NCBI GenBank assembly: GCA_965204755.1
Contig: OZ242011.1
Location: forward strand, 2,720,001-2,784,000
DNA from: Candidatus Marinacidobacterium sp.
Lineage (GTDB): Bacteria > Acidobacteriota > Vicinamibacteria > Marinacidobacterales > Marinacidobacteraceae
Direction of reading: 5' to 3'
DNA: 64,000 nt
Part shown: piece by piece, positions 23,401-32,190 of the stretch
Layout of the letters: every line of letters begins with the position of its first letter
Position numbering within the stretch: position 1 is the first letter of the stretch
Notes under the pieces: model-generated
What the model was told of the DNA's origin: nothing
What the model saw: only the letters and a program-made list of their open reading frames with translations
The model's database searches: none
Translations under genes and position numbers: made by a program

Positions 23401-23999
23401 AGCCGGCCGCGGATCAGCCGGTAGTAAGCCGAAAAATCGGCGACCCGGAAGGTCTCCTCGACGAAGGGTCGTCCCGGATCGGTCCCCGGCGAAACGACGA
23501 CCATGTTCTCCGGCGCGGCGCCCTGGATCCGTCGGAGCAGGTCGGAGTAGAGACAGAGTTGCAGGATCGTCCCGGCCTTCGTCTCGCGGGCCAGTTTCGT
23601 GTCCACGGCTTCGTACGCCCATTCCCCGAAACGACTACGCCCGGAAACGCGCCGCAGGATGTCCGCCCGCCCGAACCAGACCCCGTCCCGCAACGAGGCC
23701 TGCACGATGAGCCCCGCTCCCCGGCGCATCGCGTCTTCCACGGCATTCGCGCCGCCGTCCCCCGACAGCCGCTCCACCGAGTGTCCGTCGTTCGCCAGAT
23801 AGTCGAGGTAGGCGTTCTCGTGTTCCAACCCCCGCTCCCGCAACACCTCGACCTCGTCCGCCCGCCAGGCCGGTTGCGGCGGCGCCCCTCGCCGACCGAG
23901 CGCGACCTCGAGGTCCAACCCCGTCAGGTGCCGACACGCCAAGTAGTTCGCGAGATCACCGGCGGAGAGCCGGATCTCGCCCGAATCGAGCCGTTTCAT
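20481..23999 (-). CDS. TM0106 family RecB-like nuclease fused to RNase H-like and DNA2/NAM7-type SF1 helicase domains
   Basis: GRADIL..YEAVDTK..QLCLY, FFDIE, YNRDDC, QGPPGTGKT, DESGQ, GDPQQL, GTVDKFQGQE, NRLNVATSRA. Confidence 0.9.
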   Translation of the reverse strand: MKRLDSGEIRLSAGDLANYLACRHLTGLDLEVALGRRGAPPQPAWRADEVEVLRERGLEHENAYLDYLANDGHSVERLSGDGGANAVEDAMRRGAGLIVQASLRDGVWFGRADILRRVSGRSRFGEWAYEAVDTKLARETKAGTILQLCLYSDLLRRIQGAAPENMVVVSPGTDPGRPFVEETFRVADFSAYYRLIRGRLEAAVGDGAGEQATGTYPEPVPHCDICRWQMHCLHRRRDDDHLSLVADLRRRHRKQFEDWNLGTLEVLGSSPAPLPRPKRGSPAAYETAREQARVQLEGRRREAPYHELLDREAGRGLALLPAPAPGDLFFDIEGARFVGPRGFEYLFGWAETDDGGRVAYRGEWAFDPGGGGERFAVGEQRVFEAFVDFVMERWERRPDMHIYHFAPYEPTAVKRLTGQFATRSEEVDRVLRAHLFVDLHKVVRQSLRASVEQYSIKALEPFYGFERRVDLRTASDHRHRMERLLETGLRADITEEMRGVVEGYNRDDCVSLIGLRDWLEERRDELTAAGEEVPRPEATPGDASESVAERDERVASLRGRLLAGLPEDPAKHDAEQRGNWTLAYLLDWHRREQRASWWEFFRLQETPAPELREEKKGLVGLKQAGRELRPRARIPTDIYEYEAQDTTVRSGETARLPGGKVLGSIVECDTTRRRIAIKKRRDTVEEHPETIYAANEPIGTGILGDSLFRLGERVAKDAARAEHRYPAALALLRKRPPRFVNAADATPGNAAETAIRSVLELDGEVLAIQGPPGTGKTRTGGRMICSLVRAGKRVGVTANSHSVIRNLLDAAVREAKRTNLSLQCMQKVSSDPEDTDWPIIQTKDNGEVLDALSSGEASVAAGTAWLWSREDLEGSVDVLFVDESGQMSLANTLAAAPAAKNLVLLGDPQQLDQPSQGSHPEGTDVSALGHLLGEHRTMPEDRGLFLDRTWRLRPSICDFTSEAFYEDSLGPMPGLERHSLSDAGDLDGYGLYYLPVEHEGNQSASPEEADRTAALVRRLLAGGVSWTNREGATRPLTRDDILIVSPYNAQLAELRRRLPDARIGTVDKFQGQEAPVVFYSMATSSAEDAPRGMDFLYSLNRLNVATSRAQCVTILVLNPRLFEPDCGTPHQMRLANALCRYREMARPIPADAVAATPNAAAPPSAAKRVPTE

Positions 24000-24027
24000 C
24001 GGCCAGCGAGTCCGCCGACTCCCGGAC

Positions 24028-25287
24028 TCACGCCCGGTCCACGGCGAGCACCGCGTCGCGGAGCAACTCGGCGCCGAGGGCGCAGTCTTCCCAGGAAGTC
24101 CATTCCTCCGGGGCGTGGCTGATGCCGTCCCGGCTGGGGACGAAGATCATCGCGGTGGGGATTCCGTGGCGGGCGAGGTTCTGCGCGTCGTGGCCGGCGC
24201 GGCTCGGGAGCGAGACCGGTTCGTGGCCGCGGTCGCGCGCGAGGCGCCGCAGGACTTCGCGAAGCCCCGGATCCATCGTCGCCGGCGGTTCGCACAGCGT
24301 ACGGGTCAGGTCGGCGGAACAGCCGGTGTCGGCGGCGATGCGTTCGGCGCGCGCGCCGATGCGGGCGATGAGGTCGTCCACCACCGCATCGTCCAGGTCG
24401 CGCAACTCGATCGGGAAGCGGGCTGCCCCCGGAATCACATTCGCCGCGGACGGTTCGACCGCGAACTGGCCCACATTCCCCACCTGGCCGCCGGGTTTGC
24501 GGCGGATCTCCTCGTGGACGGCGGCGATGAGTCGGGCGGCGGCGAGCATCGCGTCGCGCCGCTCCGCCATCGGGGTCGTTCCCGCGTGGTTCTGCGAACC
24601 CGTGAGCCGCGCTTCGAAGCGGTGGATGCCCACGATGCCGTCCACCACGCCGAGCCGCGCGCCGTCGCGTTCCAGCGTGCCGCCCTGCTCCACATGGAGT
24701 TCGAAGAACGCCCGCACCGTTCGCGGGTCGAGCACCGCCCGGTCGAGCGCGCGCGGGTCTTCGCCGTACCTTTCGAGCCATTCGTGGAGGCTCAGCCCGT
24801 CTTCGCCGGTGCGGTCGAGTTCGCCGGGCGGCGTCCCGGAAGTGGCCGCGCGGCTGCCGAAGAGTCCGTTGCCGAAGTGCGCGCCTTCCTCGTCGCACCA
24901 GACCGCCATCTCGAGCGGGTGGCGGGTCTCGATCCGCTGGTCGGCGAGCGAGCGCAGCACCTCGAGCGCCCCGAGCACTCCCAGGGCGCCGTCGAAGTGC
25001 CCGCCGCGCGGAACCGTGTCCAGGTGCGACCCGAAGAGGATCGCCGGCAGCGGTTCGCGGCCTTCCCGCCGCCCGAAGAGGTTGCCCGCCGGGTCGGTGC
25101 GGACGGCGAGCCCCGCCGACTCCATTTCGCCGACCAGCCACTCGCGGGCGGCCCGCTCGTCCTCGGAGAAGGCGATCCGCCGGGCGCCGCCCTCCGGGTG
25201 GGCGCCGAATCCGGAGAGGCGTTCGAGCGAGCGCCGCAGCCGGGCGCCGTCGGTGGCGGGGGGTGGGGCGGGGGAGTCCGGCGGCAT
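24028..25287 (-). CDS. M20 Zn-dependent hydrolase (allantoate/N-carbamoyl-amino acid amidohydrolase family)
   Basis: GSHLDTV, DGALG, DEEG, ELHVEQG, NHAGTTPM, AGHDA, GISH. Confidence 0.9.
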   Translation of the reverse strand: MPPDSPAPPPATDGARLRRSLERLSGFGAHPEGGARRIAFSEDERAAREWLVGEMESAGLAVRTDPAGNLFGRREGREPLPAILFGSHLDTVPRGGHFDGALGVLGALEVLRSLADQRIETRHPLEMAVWCDEEGAHFGNGLFGSRAATSGTPPGELDRTGEDGLSLHEWLERYGEDPRALDRAVLDPRTVRAFFELHVEQGGTLERDGARLGVVDGIVGIHRFEARLTGSQNHAGTTPMAERRDAMLAAARLIAAVHEEIRRKPGGQVGNVGQFAVEPSAANVIPGAARFPIELRDLDDAVVDDLIARIGARAERIAADTGCSADLTRTLCEPPATMDPGLREVLRRLARDRGHEPVSLPSRAGHDAQNLARHGIPTAMIFVPSRDGISHAPEEWTSWEDCALGAELLRDAVLAVDRA

Positions 25288-25480
25288 CGGGAGGGCGAAG
25301 TTTCTCACCGGCGCGCCCGGCCCGGGCGGGCGCCTCGCGCCGCGGCGGCGGCCGACCCGCCCCCGCCCGACCCGCCCCCGCCCGACGCCGGCGAGGGTGG
25401 AAACAATCTGTCGCCTTCCGGCGTTACCGTATCCGTTGCCCCCGGCGGAGAGAGCGCCGGGCGCAAGGAGAACCAACCCG

Positions 25481-26176
25481 ATGATCGGCCTGTTCGACCC
25501 GCTCTACTTCGTCATCCTCGCCCCCGGCCTCGCCATCACGCTGTGGGCCACCTTCAAGGTGAAGAGCACCTTCAAGCGCTACAACAAGGTGCCGCTCCGA
25601 AGCGGGCGCAGCGGGCGCGAGACCGCCGAGTACCTGCTTCGGCGGCAGGGGATCCACATCCCGGTGGAGGAGCACCCCGGCGCGCTCTCCGACCACTACG
25701 ACCCGCGGGTGCGCATCCTCCGCCTGTCGCCGGAGGTGTTCCACGGGCGCAGCGTGGGCGCGGCCGCCGTGGCCGCCCACGAAGTGGGGCACGCGCTCCA
25801 GCACCACGCCGCCTACCAGCCGCTCATGTTCCGCCAGGCGCTGGCGCGGCCGGCCGGGTTCGCCTCCAGCGCCTCGTGGATCATCCTGCTGGGCGGCTTC
25901 CTGCTGGGCGCCGCCGGGCTGGTCCAACTCGGCGTCGCGCTCTTCGCCCTCGTGGTGCTGTTCCAGGTCGTGACCCTGCCGGTGGAGTTGAACGCCTCCA
26001 GCCGCGCGAAGACGCTGGTCTGGGAGACCGGGATCGTGGCGCCGGAGGAGCGCGCCGGGGTCTCCCGCGTGCTCAGCGCCGCGGCGATGACCTATGTGGC
26101 CGCCGCGCTCACCGGGCTGCTCACGCTGTTCTACTACCTGCTCCGCTCCGGGCTGCTCGGCGGCGGGGACGATTAG
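25481..26176 (+). CDS. YugP-like membrane zinc metallopeptidase
   Basis: RBS AAGGAG; LSDHYDP, AAHEVGHALQH, TLPVELNAS, AAMTYVAA. Confidence 0.9.
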   Translation: MIGLFDPLYFVILAPGLAITLWATFKVKSTFKRYNKVPLRSGRSGRETAEYLLRRQGIHIPVEEHPGALSDHYDPRVRILRLSPEVFHGRSVGAAAVAAHEVGHALQHHAAYQPLMFRQALARPAGFASSASWIILLGGFLLGAAGLVQLGVALFALVVLFQVVTLPVELNASSRAKTLVWETGIVAPEERAGVSRVLSAAAMTYVAAALTGLLTLFYYLLRSGLLGGGDD

Positions 26177-26177
26177 C
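26002..26177 (+). repeat. 176-bp direct repeat, copy 1 (3' end of the peptidase gene)
   Basis: Matches 29439..29614 with four synonymous differences by eye. Confidence 0.95.
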
Positions 26178-26260
26178 CGGGGCCTCGCGACTCTCGCCTT
26201 CCGGGCGAGGTGGCCCTTCGGACCGTCGCCACCGTGGGCGGTAACATTCGCCCCCGACCC

Positions 26261-28147
26261 ATGAACGGCCGGGACCTCGGTCAGCGATACCGGCGGGCGC
26301 ACGACCGGATGCGCGATGTGGAAGGTCTGCTGCCCCCCGAGGCCTTCGATGAGTTGCTCAAGTTCCTCTTCGTCAAGGACTGTGTCGAACGGGGAGGGGG
26401 CGATGCGGACTTCCGGGACGGGAGCGCGGACGCGCCGCCGGCAGCGGCCATCAGGACACTGTTCTCGAGAGCACTCCGGTCGCGCGCGCCTTGGGCTTGC
26501 GACATCTGGCAGGACGGACACTTCCACCTGTCTGACTCCACGCTGCTCGACCTCCACGAGATGTTCTCGGACTTCCGACTCGCCGACCTCTCGGTGGATG
26601 TGCGCGCAACCGCGCTGCGGACATTTCTGGACTCCGATGCCAGACGGGGGCTTGGCGTCTTCCTGACTCCCGAAGATGTTGTCCGGGCCATGGTGGATGT
26701 TCTCGCGCCGCGGCACACCGAGTTGGTCCTGGATCCCGCCTGCGGGTCCGGCACCTTCCTGCTCGAGACCGTGCGTCATCTCTCGAGACGAGCGCCCGGC
26801 GGGAGCCCGTTCACGGTCCACGGCGTCGACAAGAATCCCCGAATGCTGCTCCTCGCGCAACTCAATCTGGGCAACGATCCGGGCATCGAGTTCAAGCAAG
26901 CGTGTACGGACTCGCTCAAGGCGCTCGGCAATACTGCGACGCCGCCGCTGAACCTGTTCCCCGACTCAGTGGATGTAATCCTCACGAATCCACCCTTCGG
27001 CGTGACAGTTACGACCGAAACCGTCCCGCGGGCGCTCTTCCGGGGAGGGCTTGCCGGCGCCAAGCCAAAGGGCAGTCGCATTCCCAGTGAATTCCTGTTC
27101 GTGGAACGGTGTCTCAGAATGTTGAAACACGGAGGGAGACTGGGCATCGTTCTGCCTAGAAGCGTTTTCACGAACGACAGGATGGCTGCGCAACGGCAGA
27201 GAATCGACGAGTTGGGGTATTTGACCGAACTCGTTGAACTACCCCCGGAAACCTTCGCCCTCACCGGAACACATACATCAACGGTCGCAGCCTTCTTTCG
27301 ACGACACTCGGCAGCGGCAGACCGACGACGGACCAAGGCTGTCGTCCGGGCCTGCACCGTCACCAATGTCGGATTCGACTCGACCGGACGGCGCCGGGAA
27401 GGCAACCAACTACCCACGCTAGCCCGACGCCTGGTGGAGGGCGAGACCCGGAAGTCTCCGAGGATCCGCTTTCACCGCGATGTGCCCATCGAGGCTACCC
27501 TTCAACGCTCCGCGGTGCTCCTGTTCTCTCGGAACGGCCGACGGCCGGGCAATGTGCTCAGGGATTTCGTGGAGATCGCCAACACCGGGCGTACTCCGGC
27601 GCGGACCGAGTACACCGACAGTGGAACCTTCATCGTCAAGGTAGGGAATCTGACGGGCCGCGGGATCGATTGGAGGCCCAGGGATCGCAATTTCGTTTCC
27701 GCCTCCGAGGGCGCGCGTCGCTCACGCAGCGCAAAACTCTCGCTGTCCCGTGGTGATCTCGTTTTGACCTCCTCGGCGCATGTGGCGCGATATATCGCCA
27801 AGAAGGTCGACATCATCGGCGACATCCCGAGGGAATACAGACAGATCACCTTTGCGGGCGAAGTGACTCGACTTCGACCCATGCCGAAGATCGATTCGTT
27901 CGTGCTCCTGGCGACCTTGCGGCATCCCGCGGTCCGGCAGGATCTGCAGGCGTCGGTCCGCGGGCAGACGGCGCATCTGCACCCGGACGATCTCCTGTGC
28001 GTCGGTGTCCCTTGCGACCTCTCGAGGCCGGGAGAGGAGCTGTTGGCTCTTGCCGAACTGCTTCGACGGGAGGCGGAATTGGCCTTTCGTCTGGCCGCTG
28101 TGGCGGCAGAGGCGGAAGGCCGGTTGGCTTCAGCGTGCGTCCCGTGA
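26261..28147 (+). CDS. N6-adenine DNA methyltransferase (HsdM-like) fused to an HsdS-like TRD
   Basis: FLTPEDVV, LDPACGSGTFL, TNPPF; C-terminal TGRTP..IVKVGNL..GDLVL..GQTAHL. Confidence 0.85.
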   Translation: MNGRDLGQRYRRAHDRMRDVEGLLPPEAFDELLKFLFVKDCVERGGGDADFRDGSADAPPAAAIRTLFSRALRSRAPWACDIWQDGHFHLSDSTLLDLHEMFSDFRLADLSVDVRATALRTFLDSDARRGLGVFLTPEDVVRAMVDVLAPRHTELVLDPACGSGTFLLETVRHLSRRAPGGSPFTVHGVDKNPRMLLLAQLNLGNDPGIEFKQACTDSLKALGNTATPPLNLFPDSVDVILTNPPFGVTVTTETVPRALFRGGLAGAKPKGSRIPSEFLFVERCLRMLKHGGRLGIVLPRSVFTNDRMAAQRQRIDELGYLTELVELPPETFALTGTHTSTVAAFFRRHSAAADRRRTKAVVRACTVTNVGFDSTGRRREGNQLPTLARRLVEGETRKSPRIRFHRDVPIEATLQRSAVLLFSRNGRRPGNVLRDFVEIANTGRTPARTEYTDSGTFIVKVGNLTGRGIDWRPRDRNFVSASEGARRSRSAKLSLSRGDLVLTSSAHVARYIAKKVDIIGDIPREYRQITFAGEVTRLRPMPKIDSFVLLATLRHPAVRQDLQASVRGQTAHLHPDDLLCVGVPCDLSRPGEELLALAELLRREAELAFRLAAVAAEAEGRLASACVP

Positions 28148-29068
28148 GTAGGGTCGCCGTTGAGGCGCCGCATGGTCGGTGTCCCGAAGCGTGAGCAGTT
28201 GTCGTTGCTCTTCGTTTAGCCCGGTGACTTGGATCGTCATGGGCGAACCGGCTTCGGACGCCTCCTGCAGGACGGCCTTCTCCGGATCGTGGAGCAGGTC
28301 GAACGGCATGGCTTCGGGTTCCATCGCGCTTCGATCGGCGGTTGGCGAAGTGAGTTCGAACTCGGAGAAACGCGGATCTTCCAGCGCGTCGCGGACGACA
28401 CAGTGAAACACGCGGACGGGATTGCACATGTAGAACTGGAAGGAGTAGGGCCACAGGTTCTTGGGCGCGGGAGTCTTGTTGGGATTCGTGGCGATGTGTT
28501 TTTCGTAGATGTTCCGGTAGTAGTTGCGCATCAGAAACGAGAAGTTCCGATGTCGTGGGTTCCGGGGCCAAATCTCGTAGGCGCGAAATCGCACGGAGTT
28601 CCAATCGTTGGCTTCGAAGTGGGGATAGTCGCCGATGATCAACACGAGTCGTGGAACACGGTCGAGAAGGAAGCGCAATTCGTCTTCGCTCCGAACGCCG
28701 ATGAGCCACTTCGAATCGTTTTTGCGTTCGATCTCACGGGAGTTACATGCCGGGCAGGTGTCTTCGATCCGGGCGACGGCCGCGGAGCAGGCGCGGCACT
28801 TGTCCAATTGGTCGAGACGGGAGCAGGACTTGACTTCGGAACCGTCACGGAGGTCGTTCCCTCGGGCAGCCGTTCGTTCGCCCTCCATACCGGTGATGAG
28901 TGAGGCGAGGTGCTGAGCGGGGTAGCCGATCTTGATGTTGGGTGTCTGCTTCGTGATCCGCGCCCACTTCACCAGGTCACGCCGAGGTCGGAGCACGAGA
29001 TCCAGAAGGATTTCCTTCAGGAGAGAGGCATTGTTCCGGAGCGTCACCAAGTCGGAGCGAGGTTTCAT
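28130..29068 (-). CDS. Type II restriction endonuclease, MamI-family-like
   Basis: WARITKQTP, GYPAQHLAS, ARGNDL..EVKSC (PD-ExK), CxxC..CxxC, RKNDSKW; convergent with the MTase. Family recalled from motifs. Confidence 0.75.
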   Translation of the reverse strand: MKPRSDLVTLRNNASLLKEILLDLVLRPRRDLVKWARITKQTPNIKIGYPAQHLASLITGMEGERTAARGNDLRDGSEVKSCSRLDQLDKCRACSAAVARIEDTCPACNSREIERKNDSKWLIGVRSEDELRFLLDRVPRLVLIIGDYPHFEANDWNSVRFRAYEIWPRNPRHRNFSFLMRNYYRNIYEKHIATNPNKTPAPKNLWPYSFQFYMCNPVRVFHCVVRDALEDPRFSEFELTSPTADRSAMEPEAMPFDLLHDPEKAVLQEASEAGSPMTIQVTGLNEEQRQLLTLRDTDHAAPQRRPYSRDAR

Positions 29069-29307
29069 CGGAGGTCAGATCTCGTGGCGAACCAGGTTAG
29101 GGGTTTGTTCAGTGTGGCGGCCACATCCTCCAACTCGATGAAGTCCAAGCGACGCTCCCCGAGTTCGCACTTGGAGACCCAAGTCTGCGGGCGATTCAGG
29201 GCGTGGGCGAGCGCGGTCTGAGTGAGCCCTGCTTCTACCCGGGCCTGACGGAGGCGTAGGCGGAGCGTTCGGTAGCGGGAGGAGGTGAGGGACTTTGCCG
29301 ATGCCAC
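29065..29307 (-). CDS. XRE HTH controller (C) protein-like regulator
   Basis: LRQARVEAGLTQ..LA..PQTWVSKCELGERRLDFIE; ATGA overlap with the REase start. Confidence 0.85.
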   Translation of the reverse strand: MASAKSLTSSRYRTLRLRLRQARVEAGLTQTALAHALNRPQTWVSKCELGERRLDFIELEDVAATLNKPLTWFATRSDLR

Positions 29308-29438
29308 GAGACAAGTATCGGCGCGGGCACGCGCTAACCCAATATGGGGTAGAAGATCTGTTGCGGGCCTGCTGACGGAAGCGGTCGCGCCGGCGAACAG
29401 AAGGAAAAGCGGCGGGTGGCGGCGGGTCCGCGCCGCGC

Positions 29439-29614
29439 CCGCGCGAAGACGCTGGTTTGGGAGACCGGGATCGTGGCGCCGGAGGAGCGCGCCGGGGTTT
29501 CCCGCGTGCTCAGCGCCGCCGCGATGACCTATGTGGCCGCCGCGCTCACCGGGCTGCTCACGCTGTTCTACTACCTGCTCCGCTCCGGGCTGCTCGGCGG
29601 CGGGGACGACTAGC
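29439..29614 (+). repeat. 176-bp direct repeat, copy 2 (orphan duplicate of the peptidase 3' end)
   Basis: Encodes RAKTLVWETG...LLGGGDD*, identical to the peptidase C-terminus. Confidence 0.95.
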
Positions 29615-29637
29615 GGAGTCCCTTCGGCCGGGTCCGT

Positions 29638-30855
29638 TCATTCCGAGCGCAGCGCATCCCAGGGGTCGCGGCGGGCGGCGACCACCGCCGGGTAGAGGCC
29701 GAAGACCACGCCGACGGTTACCGAGAAGAAGAACGCGACCGCGAAGGCGAACAGGGGAGGCGGGCCGACCGGCAACTGCGGGGCGAAGGCCGGGGCGAGC
29801 AGGCGGAGCGCGACGCCGAGGGCGGCGCCCAGCACGCCGCCGGCGAGCGCGAGCAGCACCGCTTCGATCAGGAACTGGCGCACCACCTGGGAATGGCCGG
29901 CGCCGATCGCCTTGCGGATGCCGATCTCGCGGCCGCGTTCGCGCACCACGACCAGCATCACATTCATGACGCCGACGCCGCCGGCCAGCAGGCTGATGGC
30001 GGCGAGCGCCACGCCCCCGGCGGCGACCGCGGCGAGCGCGCTGCGCACGCCGCCGAGCAGGGCGTCGAGCGACAGGACCTCGAAGTCGTCCTCGGCTTCG
30101 GCGGGGAGGTCCCGCGCCCGGCGGAGCGCCGCGCGGATCTGCTCTTCGGCCAGTTCCACTTCCTCGAGCGACCGGGCGCGATACCCCAGCGCCACCGGCA
30201 TCGAGTCGCCCGCCTGGAGGCGGGCGCGGGCGGTGGTGATCGGGACGAGCACTTCCCGGTTCGGGTCGCCGATCGAAAGGATTCCGCCTTCGTGCTCCTC
30301 GAGCCGGCCGACGATCGTGAACAGGTGGCCGTCGAGCAGCAGGCGCTCGCCGACCGGATCGGACTCGCCGCGTCCGAGTTCGGCGAACACTTCCGAGCCG
30401 ACCACCGCCGCCGGCGCTTGCCGCCGCATGTCCTCCGGGGTGAGGAAGCGGCCGCGCGCGAGCGTCTTCCCGGTGACTTCGCGGTGCATCGGGCCGACGC
30501 CGTTGACCGCCAGGCGGGCCGCTTCGTCGCCGTACCGGACTTCCGGATAGAGCGTGACCACCGGGTCGAAGGAATCCACCGCCGAGGATTCGCGGAACGC
30601 CGCTTCCCCGTCCTCGAGCGACAGGTAGGAGCGGCGGCGGACGATGTCGTCGCGCGGCGAAGACCAGGACACGCGGATGTAGCCGCCGCCGGCCTGGCCG
30701 AACTCCGAGGAGACCGTTTCGGTGAGGCCGTCCATCACCGACGCCACGGCGACGACGGTGGCGATGCCGATCGCCACGCCGAGCGTGCTCAGGATCGAGC
30801 GCAGGGGATTGCGCCGGATGGAGGAAACCCCCATCCGCAGGTTTTCCCGGATCAA
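29638..30855 (-). CDS. MacB/FtsX-type ABC transporter permease
   Basis: RSILSTLGVAIG, GGVGVMNVMLV..ERGREIGIRKAIGA, FLIEA, GLYPA. Confidence 0.9.
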   Translation of the reverse strand: MIRENLRMGVSSIRRNPLRSILSTLGVAIGIATVVAVASVMDGLTETVSSEFGQAGGGYIRVSWSSPRDDIVRRRSYLSLEDGEAAFRESSAVDSFDPVVTLYPEVRYGDEAARLAVNGVGPMHREVTGKTLARGRFLTPEDMRRQAPAAVVGSEVFAELGRGESDPVGERLLLDGHLFTIVGRLEEHEGGILSIGDPNREVLVPITTARARLQAGDSMPVALGYRARSLEEVELAEEQIRAALRRARDLPAEAEDDFEVLSLDALLGGVRSALAAVAAGGVALAAISLLAGGVGVMNVMLVVVRERGREIGIRKAIGAGHSQVVRQFLIEAVLLALAGGVLGAALGVALRLLAPAFAPQLPVGPPPLFAFAVAFFFSVTVGVVFGLYPAVVAARRDPWDALRSE

Positions 30856-32153
30856 CGGGGGGTATCGGTATCCGGGGCGGAGGCGGCGGTTCCGGCGACG
30901 ACCGGGTCGCCGTCCGAAAGCGACCGCAGCGCGAGCGGCGGACCCACCACGATCTCGTCGCCGGGAGAGAGCCCGGTCATGATTTCCGTCTCGAAGAGAT
31001 CGGAGAGGCCGGTGGTGACGCGGCGCTCCCGCGCGACTCCCTCTTCGACGACGAACACGATCTGGTAGGCGCCCGCCGCGTCACCGTCCGCATTCCCGCC
31101 GCGGCGCGACACGCGGCTCCCCGCCTTCGTCCCGCGGTTTCCGAACGACAGCGAGAACATCCGGTCTTCGGTGACGCCTTCCGGCAGCCGCCGCAACAGC
31201 GCGCCGATCGGCGCGGCCAGCGTGTCCGCGCGCCGCGCCGTTTCGATGCGCACCTGCGCGCTCATGGACGGTCGCACCGACTGCGGCGGCGCCGCCAACC
31301 GAATCCGCGCCAGGAACCGCGCCCCGCGGGTCGAGTCGCCGAAACGCGATTCGTCGCGTTCGCCGACGCGCTGGATCTCGAACACCGAGCCGGCGAGCGT
31401 CGCTTCGCCGAGCGCGGTCAGCGATACCTCGGCGGGCTGGCCGGTTTCCACCCTCACCACATCCACTTCGGGGATCTCCGCCTCGACGATCAGGTCGTCG
31501 TCGGTTCCCAAGGTCATGATCCGGGAGCCGGGGAGGTTCTGGCTGCTCGCCACCACCAACTCCCCCGCTTCCAACTCGACGGAGAGCACGATGCCCCGCA
31601 CCGGGGAGCGGACCACCGTCTTGCGCAGGTCCTCTTCGGCGCGGCGCACGGCGGAGCGGGCGCCTTCGATGTACTGGCGCGCGCGGTCGGCGGCGATCCC
31701 GGCGCGTTCGCGCGCCACTTCCGCCTCTTCGAGGAACCGGCCGCTCACGATGCCTTCTTCGCGCAGTCGTTCCGCGCGGGTTCGCTCGCGCTGCGCGTCC
31801 TCCGAGGCGACTTCGGCGTCGGCGAGCGCGGACTCCGCCTGGCGGAGCGCGGCGCGCCGCTCTTCCACGATGGGGCGCTGCGTCGCGTCGTCGATCAGCG
31901 CGACGATCGTTCCCGGTTCGATGGAGTCGCCGGGGCGGACGCGGACTTCGAGGAGCCGCCCGACGACTTCCGCGGAGATGTCCACGCTCTCCGCCGCGCG
32001 GACGACTCCGGAGGCCTCCACCGTGGAGACGAAGTCCCGCGCCGAAACGATCGCGGTTTCGACCCGGCGGCGGTCGTCCGGCGTTTCGACGCTGAGCCAG
32101 AACACCAGCGCCGCGGCGGAGGCGGCGAGGACCGCCCCGAGCAGTTTCTTCAT
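30852..32153 (-). CDS. MacA/HlyD-type periplasmic adaptor subunit
   Basis: ISAEVVGR..V.PGD, alpha-hairpin, VRSPVRG, GLSPGDEIV. Confidence 0.9.
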   Translation of the reverse strand: MKKLLGAVLAASAAALVFWLSVETPDDRRRVETAIVSARDFVSTVEASGVVRAAESVDISAEVVGRLLEVRVRPGDSIEPGTIVALIDDATQRPIVEERRAALRQAESALADAEVASEDAQRERTRAERLREEGIVSGRFLEEAEVARERAGIAADRARQYIEGARSAVRRAEEDLRKTVVRSPVRGIVLSVELEAGELVVASSQNLPGSRIMTLGTDDDLIVEAEIPEVDVVRVETGQPAEVSLTALGEATLAGSVFEIQRVGERDESRFGDSTRGARFLARIRLAAPPQSVRPSMSAQVRIETARRADTLAAPIGALLRRLPEGVTEDRMFSLSFGNRGTKAGSRVSRRGGNADGDAAGAYQIVFVVEEGVARERRVTTGLSDLFETEIMTGLSPGDEIVVGPPLALRSLSDGDPVVAGTAASAPDTDTPR

Positions 32154-32190
32154 TCCGGTGGACCCGCCTCGCCGGAGAAGCCGCCCGCGC

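Noticed and set aside
29416-29613. 65-aa ORF as an independent gene
   Set aside because: It is the duplicated 3' end of the peptidase gene.
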